From contig NC_092678.1 of the NCBI RefSeq assembly GCF_964355755.1, forward strand, positions 13,080,352 to 13,144,351: a stretch of DNA of 64,000 nucleotides, in the 5' to 3' direction. This DNA is from Antedon mediterranea (lineage: Eukaryota; Animalia; Echinodermata). Within the stretch, counting starts at the first letter, position 1, and each line of letters starts with the position of its first letter. The position numbers and the translations under genes are program-made. Positions 13,500 through 25,795 of this stretch are shown piece after piece. Under the pieces are notes generated by a model. The model searched no databases and had not been told where the DNA came from. It saw nothing but the letters and a program-made list of their open reading frames with translations.

Positions 13500-16400
13500 T
13501 AAGTGGTTTGAAGGATGTTTGCAGATGGCCTTTTTTGCATTGTAAAGTTTACACTTTAAAATCTGTCAATTTATCCAAAAAGGTCAAACTTTGACCTATT
13601 TCAATAAAATTATTTCATAAGTTGTCTTCTTTTATAGTTTTAGTGATAATCAATATTAAGTGGTTTTTTACCCCAAAAATGTCAAACCTAGAGTTATTTT
13701 AATAAAATGATTTCATAAATTGTTTTCTTTTATATTTCTAGTAGTGGTATAATCAGTATTCAATTGTTTGAATGATGTTTGCGGGGTATTTTTTAAAGTT
13801 TGCATTACGTTTGCGCAGTTTAAATGGTAAAATCTGTCAATTATCCAAAATTGACATTTTTCACTCCTAAAAAAATCTTAGAGCCATTTCACTAAAATTA
13901 TCTCATAAATTGTCCTCTTTTTATGGTTCTAATAACGATATAATCAATATTAAGTGGTTTGGGTGATGTTTGTGGGGTGTTTTTTAAAAGTTTGCACAGT
14001 TTACATGGTAAAATGTGTCAATTTATTCCTAGAGCTATTTCAATAAAATTATTTCATAATCACCCCAAAAATGTCAAACCTAGAACTATTTTAATAAAAT
14101 GATTTCATAAATTGTCTTTTTTTATAGTTCTAGTAGTGGTATAATCAGTATTCAATTGTTTGAATGATGTTTGTGGGGTATTTTTTAATTAAGTTTACGC
14201 AGTTTACATGGTAAAATCTGTCAGTTATCCAAAATTGACATTTTTCACTCCTAAAAAAAATCTTAGAGCCATTTCAATAAAATTATTTCATAAATTTTCC
14301 TCTTTTATAGTTCTAATAATGATATAATCAATATTAAGTGGTTTGGATGATGTTTGTGGGGTGTTTTTTTAAAGTTTGCATTAAGTTTACGCAGTTTAAA
14401 TGGTAAAATCTGTAAATTTATCCAAAATTGACATTTTTTACCCTAAAAATTCAAACCTAGAGCTATTTCAATAAAATTATTTCATAAATTGTCTTCTTTA
14501 ATAGTTCTAGTAGTGGTATAATCAATATTAAGTGGTTTGGATGATGTTTGTTGGGTGTTTTTTTAAAGTTTGCACAGTTTACATGGCAAAATCTGTAAAT
14601 TTATCCAAAATTGACATTTTTTACCCTAAAAATTCAAACCTAGAGCTATTTCAATCAAATTATTTCATAAATTGTCCTCTTTTATAGTTCTAGTAGTGGT
14701 ATAATCAATATTAAGTTGTTTGGATGATGTTTGTGGGGTGTTTTTTTTAAGTTTGCATTAAGTTTACGCAGTTTGCACGGTAAAATCTGTAAATTTATCC
14801 AAAATTGACATTTTTCACCCTAAAAATTCAAACCAAGAGCTATTTCAATAAAATTATTTCATAAATTGTCTTCTTTTATAGTTCTAGTAGTGGTATAATC
14901 AATATTAAGTGGTTTGGATGAGGTTTGTTGGGTGTTTTTTTAAAGTTTGCACAGTTTACATGGCAAAATCTGTAAATTTATCCAAAATTGACATTTTTTA
15001 CCCTAAAAATTCAAACCTAGAGCTATTTCAATAAAATTATTTCATAAATTGTCCTCTTTTATAGTTCTAGTAGTGGTATAATCAATATTAAGTGGTTTTT
15101 TACCCCAAAAATGTCAAACCTAGAGTTATTTTAATAAAATGATTTCATAAATTCTTTTCTTTTATATTTCTAGTAGTGGTATAATCAGTATTCAATTGTT
15201 TGAATGATGTTTGCGGGGTATTTTTTAAAGTTTGCATTAAGTTTGCGCAGTTTAAATGGTAAAATCTGTCAATTATCCAAAATTGACATTTTTCACTCCT
15301 AAAAAAATTTTAGAGCCATTTCACTAAAATTATTTCATAAATTGTCCTCTTTTTATGGTTCTAATAACGATATAATCAATATTAAGTGGTTTGGGTGATG
15401 TTTGTGGGGTGTTTTTTAAAAGTTTGCACAGTTTACATGGTAAAATGTGTCAATTTATTCCTAGAGCTATTTCAATAAAATTATTTCATAATCACCCCAA
15501 AAATGTCAAACCTAGAACTATTTTAATAAAATGATTTCATAAATTGTCTTTTTTTATAGTTCTAGTAGTGGTATAATCAGTATTCAATTGTTTGAATGAT
15601 GTTTGTGGGGTATTTTTTAATTAAGTTTACGCAGTTTACATGGTAAAATCTGTCAATTATCCAAAATTGACATTTTTCACTCCTAAAAAAATCTTAGAGC
15701 CATTTCAATAAAATTATTTCATAAATTTTCCTCTTTTATAGTTCTAATAATGATATAATCAATATTAAGTGGTTTGGATGATGTTTGTGGGGTGTTTTTT
15801 TAAAGTTTGCATTAAGTTTACGCAGTTTAAATGGTAAAATCTGTAAATTTATCCAAAATTGACATTTTTCACCCTAAAAAGTCAAACTTAGAGCTATTTC
15901 AATAAATTGATTTCAAAAATTCTCTTCTTTTACAGTTCTAGTAGTGATATAATCAATATTAAGTTGTTTGAATGATGTTTGTGGGGTGTTTTTTTAAAGT
16001 TAGCATTAAGTTTACGCAGTTTTACATGGCAAAATCTGTAAATTTATCCAAAATTGACATTTTTTACCCTAAAAATTCAAACCTAGAGCTATTTCAATAA
16101 AATTATTTCATAAATTGTCTTCTTTAATAGTTCTAGTAGTGGTATAATCAATATTAAGTGGTTTGGATGATGTTTGTTGGGTGTTTTTTTAAAGTTTGCA
16201 CAGTTTACATGGCAAAATCTGTAAATTTATCCAAAATTGACATTTTTTACCCTAAAAATTCAAACCTAGAGCTATTTCAATCAAATTATTTCATAAATTG
16301 TCCTCTTTTATAGTTCTAGTAGTGGTATAATCAATATTAAGTTGTTTGGATGATGTTTGTGGGGTGTTTTTTTTAAGTTTGCATTAAGTTTACGCAGTTT

Positions 16401-16635
16401 GCACGGTAAAATCTGTAAATTTATCCAAAATTGACATTTTTCACCCTAAAAATTCAAACCAAGAGCTATTTCAATAAAATTATTTCATAAATTGTCTTCT
16501 TTTATAGTTCTAGTAGTGGTATAATCAATATTAAGTGGTTTGGATGAGGTTTGTTGGGTGTTTTTTTAAAGTTTGCATTAAGTTTACGCTGTTTAAATGG
16601 TAAAATCTGTAAATTTATCCAAAATTGACATTTTA
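13500..16635. repeat. 183/194-bp satellite array (~16 units) with higher-order duplications
   Basis: Unit marker tagagctatttcaataaaattatttcataaattgtc at 14264, 14458, 14641, 14835, 15018 and onward, alternating 194/183 bp. The block starting ~13660 is repeated at ~15090. Confidence 0.9.
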
Positions 16636-17469
16636 AAACACAAACTAGGTTGTAAAAAGTGAAGGAAGTCATTATATTTTAATATTGTTTGGTAATAAAG
16701 ATGCCTATCATAGTCAAATGGCAATAACTGATTAGCCGAGACCAATGACATTTAAAACAACTCCTACTTAAAATTCCCTACTTATACAGTACAGCAGCTT
16801 TTTGATTGGCTGCAAGTTTAGTTTTCTGTTCGTTCATCAGAAATGGTATAAATAATTATTAATCAATAAAATTACTGGATTTCTTTAGTATTTCTGACAC
16901 ATTTCCAATATTAATTGAATTATTAATGTAATGGAAATTGGTCATAGGCCTATTATAGCAACATATCATTTCTGGAAGAGTATTACGGTCTGTATAGATC
17001 GATATTAAAACACACGTCCTCATTTATCAAATTATTCATTCACTGCACATTTATTCTGTTAAGAAGAACTGGGACCCTCAATAGAAGCCAAAGCATGTCT
17101 CATGATGGCCCCTACAATACATATCAAACATAAAAAGATATGGAATATTTTTATTTTTACAACGGCACACGTTCATCATAAACGATGCGTTCTTAAAAGT
17201 ATAAATTTAAACAGCAAACGGATACAAATCAATAGGGTAATTAGGAACAAAAGAATAACACATTTTCAAAACCCATCGACTCGATCTCTTGTAGGCCCTA
17301 TACAGTAAATCTAACAAAATCACAGTGATCATATCCAACATAAAGTATTAATAATTATTATTGATTAGGTAGATATTAAAAGATGCGTTATATAAAATTA
17401 TGAATACACAGATCATATCCAACAACGTGTTGAATTGAATTGAAATATATATTTATACTGGGTAACCTA

Positions 17470-20400
17470 AATGAGGTAGATATTAAAAGATGCGTGCTCA
17501 GTTATCAAATTCTGACTACACTGATCATATCCAACAATGTGATATAGATTATTAATAATAATTATTGATGGGATAGATATTTAAAGATGCGTGCTCAGTT
17601 ATCAAATTATGACTACACTGATCATATCCAACAATGTGATATAGATTATTAATAATAATTATTGATGATGTAGATATTGAAAGATGCGTGCTCAGTTATC
17701 AAATTCTGACTACACTGATCATATCCAACAATGTGATATAGATTATTAATAATAATTATTGATGAGGTAGATATTAAAAGATGACTGCTCAGTTATCAAA
17801 TTATGACTACAGTGATCATATTCAACAATGTGATATAGATTATTAATAATAATTATTGTTGATGTAGATATTGACAGATGCGTGCTCAGTTATCAAATTC
17901 TGACTACACTGATCATATCCAACAATGTGATATAAGATATTAATAATAATTATTGATGAGGTAGATATTAAAAGATGCGTGCTCAGTGATCAAATTATGA
18001 CTACACTGATCATATCCAACAATGTGATATAGATTATTATTAATAATTATTTATGAGGTAGATATTAAAAGATGCGTGCTCAGTTATCAAATTATGGCTA
18101 CACTGATCATATCGAACAATGTGATATAGATTATTATTAATAATTATTGATGAGGTAGATATTAAAAGATGCGTGCTCAGTTATCAAATTATGACTACAC
18201 TGATAATATCGAACAATGTGATGCAGATTATTAATAATAATTATTGATGATGTAGATATTGAAAGATGCGTGCTCAGTTATCAAATTATGACTACACTGA
18301 TCATATCCAACAATGTGATATAAGATATTAATAACAATTATTGATGAGGTAGATATTAAAAGATGCGTGCTCAGTTATCAAAATTATGACTACACTGATC
18401 ATATCCCAAAATGTGATATAGATTATTATTAATAATTATTGATGATGTAGATATTGAAAGATGCGTGCTCAGTTATCAAATTCTGACTACACTGATCATA
18501 TCCAACAATGTGATATAAGATATTAATAATAATTATTGATGATGTAGATATTGAAAGATGCGTGCTCAGTTATCAAATTCTGACTACACTGATCATATCC
18601 AACAATGTGATATAAGATATTAATATTAATTATTGATGATGTAGATATTGAAAGATGCGTGCTCAGTTATCAAATTCTGACTACACTGATCATATCCAAC
18701 AATGTAATATAGATTATTAATAATAATTATTGATGAGGTAGATATTTAAAGATGCGTGCTTAGTTATCAAATTATGACTACACTGATCATATCGAACAAT
18801 GTGATACAGATTATTAATAATAATTATTGATGATGTATATATTGAAAGATGCGTGCTCAGTTATCAAATTCTGACTACACTGATCATATCCAACAATGTG
18901 ATATAAGATATTAATAACAATTATTGATGAGGTAGATATTAAAAGATGCGTGCTCAGTTATCAAATTATGACTACACTGATCATATCCAACATTGTGATA
19001 TAGATTATTAATAATAATTATTGATGATGTAGATATTGAAAGATGCGTGCTCAGTTATCAAATTATAACTACACTGATCATATCCCAAAATGTGATATAG
19101 ATTATTATTATTAATAATTATTGATGATGTAGATATTTAAAGATGCGTGCTCAGTTATCAAATTCTGACTACACTGATTATATCCAACAATGTGATATAG
19201 ATTATTAATAATAATTATTGATGATGTAGATATTGAAAGATGCGTGCTCAGTTATCAAATTATAACTACACTGATCATATCCAACAATGTGATATAAGAT
19301 ATTAATAATAATTATTGATGATGTAGATATCGAAAGATGCGTGCTCAGTTATCAAATTCTGACTACACTGATCATATCCAACAATGTGATATAAGATATT
19401 AATATTAATTATTGATGATGTAGATATTGAAAGATGCGTGCTCAGTTATCAAATTCTGACTACACTGATCATATCCAACAATGTGATATAAGATATTAAT
19501 AACAATTATTGATGAGGTAGATATTAAAAGATGCGTGCTCAGTTATCAAATTATGACTACACTGATTATATCAAACAATGTGATATAAGATATTAATATT
19601 AATTATTGATGATGTAGATATTGAAAGATACGTGCTCAGTTATCAAATTCTGACTACACTGATCATATCCAACAATGTGATATAAGATATTAATAACAAT
19701 TATTGATGATGTAGATATTAAAAGATGCGTGCTCAGTTATCAAATTATGACTACACTGATTATATCCAACAATGTGATATAGATTATTAATAATAATTAT
19801 TGATGATATAAATATTTAAAGATGCGTGCTCAGTTATCAAATTATGACTACACTGATCATATCCAACAATGTGATATAAGATATAATATTAATTATTGAT
19901 GATGTAGATATTGAAAGATGCGTGCTCAGTTATCAAATTCTGACTACACTGATCATATCCAACAATGTGATATAAGATATTAATAACAATTATTGATGAG
20001 GTAGATATTAAAAGATGCGTGCTCAGTTATCAAATTATGACTACACTGATTATATCAAACAATGTGATATAAGATATTAATATTAATTATTGATGATGTA
20101 GATATTGAAAGATACGTGCTCAGTTATCAAATTCTGACTACACTGATCATATCCAACAATGTGATATAAGATATCTATATATAAATTTACGTAAGGGCAA
20201 AAATCGGTAAATCGTGCGTTATTTCTAGAATGTTTACTCGATGGTATATAAAGTTGGTTCGTACTTTCGGTACTAATTTTAACCACCTGATGTAACCCTG
20301 TTTACTAATTAAATTGAGTTCGATAATTAGTTATTGACGATTAGAACGAATTTAGGTTCAACGATTTGCCCCAAATAGGGGTGTTTTCCGATCGTGGTAT

Positions 20401-23400
20401 ACACTGTCTAATGGATGTCAATTTGAAAAATACCCGCACACAATAATACGAGGACACTTCGCATTTTCCTATCTCCTCCTACGATAATTGTTGTTAATAG
20501 CTGAAAACCGGTTGAACAGTTCGAGTACAGCATCATAATGTTGAAGACAGGCCGATTTTCTTTAAAAAATGCTATTTTGATACATGTAATATACGTTTTT
20601 TAAAATGTATTGATTTGTGATGAATGGAACATTCCAAATTATTTGGTTTAACCATAGAGGTATAGATTTAGATTTATGGGCCCCCTTGGAGAATAAACAT
20701 AAATAGTATTGCAATGTACTTTTGATCGCAATTTGAATCGCAAATTTCTTACTGTGAGTGTTGGTACTGTTAGATATAATATAAACAAATATACAAATAA
20801 ACTTTATTACTGTGAGTGTGGGTAGGCCCTACTGTTAGATTATAAACATATAATATACAAATAAATAAACGTTATTACTGACAGTTGCTTCTCAACGTTT
20901 GTATTAATTAATAATTTAAAAATATATAAACGTACGTAGTGGTGTATCGTTACATGTACTTTACTATTTCAATCGACTATGACAGTGAGAGTTTTAACAA
21001 AGTATTAAATCGTAAATGTTTTACTGTATTTAGTGGTATATTATTTATAGGCCTATAAAACATTAAAAACAATATTTCGTTACTGAGTGGATAAGAATAT
21101 ATTTTAAAATGTTTCCTCTTTGTACCTATCTTCTTCCCCCATCCCTCAACCCTTAATGTTACATACAAAACACAAATTGGGTTTGTTTAAATGAGTCCAA
21201 ATAAAAAAATTTGACTCATTTTGTTTCTCTCTCGGAAGTAATTCCCAGGGTGCTAATTTTAGCTGACTACATAAATCATCGTGTATATTTATTCGTTTCT
21301 GTAAACGACAATGTATTATAGTCCTGCAGTACGTACATTTGAAATCTCCATTTTTATCTCGCTGGAAAATACTGTGTATTCGAGAACCATCTGTGGGCAC
21401 GACCTAGATGGTACGCGAGCGAAGCGAGCGTGCCATCTAGTTAATAACAATTATTGATGAGGTAGATATTAAAAGATGCGTGCTAAGTTATCAAATTATG
21501 ACTACACTGATTATATCCAACAATGTGATATAGATTATTAATAATAATTATTGATGATATAAATATTTAAAGATGCGTGCTCAGTTATCAAATTATGACT
21601 ACACTGATCATATCCAACAATGTGATTTAGATTCTTAACATTAATTATTGATGAGGTAGACATTTAAAGATGCGTGCTTAGTTATCAAATTATGACTACA
21701 CTGATCATATCCAACAATGTGATATAGATTATTATTAATAATTATTGATGAGGTAGATATTGAAAGATGCGTGCTCAGTTATCAAATTATGACTACACTG
21801 ATCATATCGAACAATGTGATACAGATTATTAATAATAATTATTGATGATGTAGATATTGAAAGATGCGTGCTCAGTTATCAAATTCTGACTACACTGATC
21901 ATATCCAACAATGTGATATAAGATATTAATAACAATTATTGATGAGGTAGATATTAAAAGATGCGTGCTCAGTTATCAAATTATGACTACACTGATCATA
22001 TCCCAAAATGTGATATAGATTATTATTAATAATTATTGATGATGTAGATATTTAAAGATGCGTGCTCAGTTATCAAATTCTGACTACACTGATTATATCC
22101 AACAATGTGATATAGATTATTAATAATAATTATTGATGATGTAGTTATTGAAAGATGCGTGCTCAGTTATCAAATTATGACTACACTGATCATATCCAAC
22201 AATGTGATATAAGATATTAATAATAATTATTGTTGATGTAGATATTGAAAGATGCGTGCTCAGTTATCAAATTCTGACTACACTGATCATATCCAACAAT
22301 GTGATATAAGATATTAATATTAATTATTGATGATGTAGATATTGAAAGATGCGTGCTCAGTTATCAAATTCTGACTACACTGATCATATCCAACAATGTG
22401 ATATAAGATATTAATAACAATTATTGATGATGTAGATATTAAAAGATGCGTGCTCTGTTATCAAATTATGACTACACTGATTATATCCAACAATGTGATT
22501 TAGATTATTAACATTAGTTATTGATGAGGTAGACATTTAAAGATGCGTGCTTAGTTATCAAATTATGACTACACTGATTATATCCAACAATGTGTATAGA
22601 TTATTAATAATAATTATTGATGATGTAAATATTTAAAGATGCGTGCTCAGTTATCAAATTATGACTACACTGATCATGTCCAACAATGTGATATAGATTA
22701 TTAATAATAATTATTGATGATGTAGATATTGAAAGATGCGTGCTCAGTTATCAAATTCTGACTACACTGATCATATCCAACAATGTGATATAAGATATTA
22801 ATAATTATTGATGAGGTAGATATTAAAAGATGCGTGCTCAGTTATCAAATTATCACTACACTGATCATATCCAACAATGTGATATAGATTATTAATAATA
22901 ATTATTGTTGATGTAGATATTGACAGATGCGTGCTCAGTTATCAAATTATGACTACACTGATCATATCCAACAATGTGATATAGATTATTATTAATAATT
23001 ATTTATGAGGTAGATATTAAAAGATGCGTGCTCAGTTATCAAATTATGGCTACACTGATCATATCGAACAATGTGATATAGATTATTATTAATAATTATT
23101 GATGAGGTAGATATTGAAAGATGCGTGCTCAGTTATCAAATTATGACTACACTGATCATATCCAACAATGTGATATAGATTATTAATAATAATTATTGTT
23201 GATGTAGATATTGACAGATGCGTGCTCAGTTATCAAATTCTGACTACACTGATCATATCCAACAATGTGATATAAGATATTAATAATAATTATTGATGAG
23301 GTAGATATTAAAAGATGCGTGCTCAGTTATCAAATTATGACTACACTGATCATATTCAACAATGTGATATAAGATATTAATAATAATTATTGATGATTTA

Positions 23401-24420
23401 GATGTTAAAAGATGCGTGCTCAGTTATCAAATTATGACTACACTGATTATATCCAACAATGTGATATAAGATATTAATAAAAATTATTGATGATTTAGAT
23501 ATTAAAAGGCGCGTGCTCGGTTATCAAATTCTGACTACACTGATCATATCCAACAATGTGATATAGATTATTAATAATAATTATTGATGATTTAGATATT
23601 TAAAGATGCGTGCTCAGTTATCAAATTATGACTACACTGATCACATCTAACAGTATGATATATGATATTAATAATAATTATTGGTGAGGTGGATATTAAA
23701 AGATGCGTGCTCAGTTATCAAATTCTGACTACACTGATCATATCCAGCAATGTGATGTAGAGTATTAATAATAATTATTGATGAAATAGATATTAAAAGA
23801 TGCGTGCTCAGTTGTCAAATTCTGACCACACTGATCATATCGAACAATGTGATATAGATTATTAATAATAATTATTGATGAGGTAGATATTAAAAACGCG
23901 TGCTCAGTTATCAAATTCTGACTACACTGATCATATCGAACAATGTGATATAGATTATTAATAATAATTATTGATGAGGTAGATATTAAAAGATGCGTGC
24001 TCAGTTATCAAATTCTGACTACACTGATCATATCGCACAATGTGATATAGATTATTAGTAATAATTATTGATGAGGTAGATATTAAAAGATGCGTGCTCA
24101 GTTATCAAATTTTGACTACACTGATTATATCGAACAATGTGGTATAGATTATTATTAATAATTATTGATGAGGTAGATATTAAAAGATGCGTGCTCAGTT
24201 ATCCAATTCTGACTACACTGATCATATCGAACAATGTGATATAGATTATTAAAAATAATTATTGATGAGGTAGGTATTAAAAGATGCGTGCTCAGTTATC
24301 AAATTATGACTACACTGATCATATCCAACAATATGATATATGATATCAATGCTAATTATTGATGAGGTAGATATTAAAAGATGCGTGCTCAGTTATCAAA
24401 TTGTAACTACACTGATCATA
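17470..24420 (+). repeat. 97-bp satellite array (~59 monomers), interrupted by a Helitron
   Basis: Monomer gatgaggtagatattaaaagatgcgtgctcagttatcaaattatgactacactgatcatatccaacaatgtgatatagattattaataataattatt; period measured 17761->17858. Confidence 0.95.
20174..21440 (+). mobile_element. Complete non-autonomous Helitron (1267 bp)
   Basis: 5' TC(TATATATAAA), 3' CTAG, and 3' hairpin CTAGATGGTACGC-gagcgaagcga-GCGTGCCATCTAG. Inserted between A and T with no TSD; removal restores the monomer 'aagata|ttaataac'. Confidence 0.9.
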
Positions 24421-24626
24421 ATACTGTACACATAGTCCTTTATGCAATTAGACATTGATTTAGTAGTACTACATATCATTTGTTATATTAAGAATGTTGT
24501 TTTAGTGTTATTAAAATACTTATCGAATTTTTTTGAAAATAAAAATATTAGTATTGGTACCTATAAATGTATATATTATAATAACATGCTAGATGTTTTA
24601 ATAATGTGATCTTTATTACAACTAAG

Positions 24627-25069
24627 AAACAGTTATGTACGAGGATGATACACACTGATAGTTCTCAGTTATCAAAAAATGACTACACAATATAGCTCGT
24701 TTCAGGCAATTTTAAGCGTTTACAAAATTGCCATGAGTGCGCAGATTTTTGCGCGCGCACTGCGCGTTAAATGTTATTGCGCACTCTTTTTGCCTGATTT
24801 CTGTTTTCTTGACTTACTTTTCAACTAGAAATTACGTTACATGAGCACGTCAAAAGTGACAGGCTACGCACGTATAAATTTAAAAAATATAAATGTTTTT
24901 AAACATTTCTATATGTTTACACATGTTCAGTAATTTCGGTCAGTATAGTTCACTATGTCGGTCGGTCTGTCGGTCTGTCTGTCGGTCTGTCTGTCGGTCT
25001 GTTGGTCGATCTGTCGGTCCGGTATCACTATGCATTGTAGCACGCGACTTAATGGCTGTTGGCCTTGTT
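24627..25069 (+). mobile_element. 3' end of Helentron/HINE element
   Basis: Same microsatellite block as 7396-7468, then subTIR CACGCGACT (25041-25049, inverse of 7378-7386), a short GGC..GCC hairpin and TTGTT. 24697-24880 resembles the interior of the HINE at 12400-12570. Confidence 0.65.
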
Positions 25070-25357
25070 CAAATAAGACTGTAACAGGCCAGGCTGTAAA
25101 GTAATAACAAAACTGAGTGAAGAGAAGCCAAACATTCTTATTTTAATCATGACGGTATAAAATAATGTTACATCTCCATTGTCCGTCTGTCCGGCTTTAT
25201 TCGGAGACTAGGGGTTGCACGGTATTTAAACTTGGTAGGTGCAGCTCGGTATAATAAAACGAATTTATGTTCGTTAGGTCAAAGATCAGGGTAAACTCTG
25301 AAAATTCTGAAATTGGACCAATCGAGCTGAAACTTGAGTAAAGTAACTAACTATTCC

Positions 25358-25458
25358 TATGTGAGTATGGAGTTGAGTTCTTTGTTTTAAAAATGTATAA
25401 CATTAAAAAGGCTTTTTAATTTAATATCAAAACAATACATTTGTTTAAATGTTTATGT

Positions 25459-25492
<34 letters not shown>

Positions 25493-25795
25493 TTATAAAC
25501 TTACTGCGAACATGATTTTAAACAACAAAAATAGCTTTAATCCATTGAATTTCAGAACGGCTCTTACTGTGCGCTCCACACACGCTCCACGCGTGCGCGT
25601 TTTAGTTTGTACAGCGATTCTCTATAGTAATTCATTGTTTTTACATTTTGTTGTTTAAAATCATGTTTGCAGTAACTTTATGATTTCGTTATTATCTTGA
25701 TTAAATTGATTGTTTTGATATTAAATTCGATATTTAAAGCCTTGTAAATGTTATACATTTTATAAGCAAATGACTCGACTCCACACTCTACAGTG
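25358..25795. mobile_element. Palindromic (foldback) MITE-like element
   Basis: Imperfect inverted arms of ~170 bp: ggagttgagt..aaaatgtataacatt..aatatcaaaacaat..aacatgattttaaacaacaaaa versus their reverse complements. Confidence 0.6.

Noticed and set aside
17470-24420. CRISPR-like regular array
   Set aside because: Whole monomers repeat with no unique spacers, there are no cas genes, and the context is eukaryotic. It is satellite DNA.
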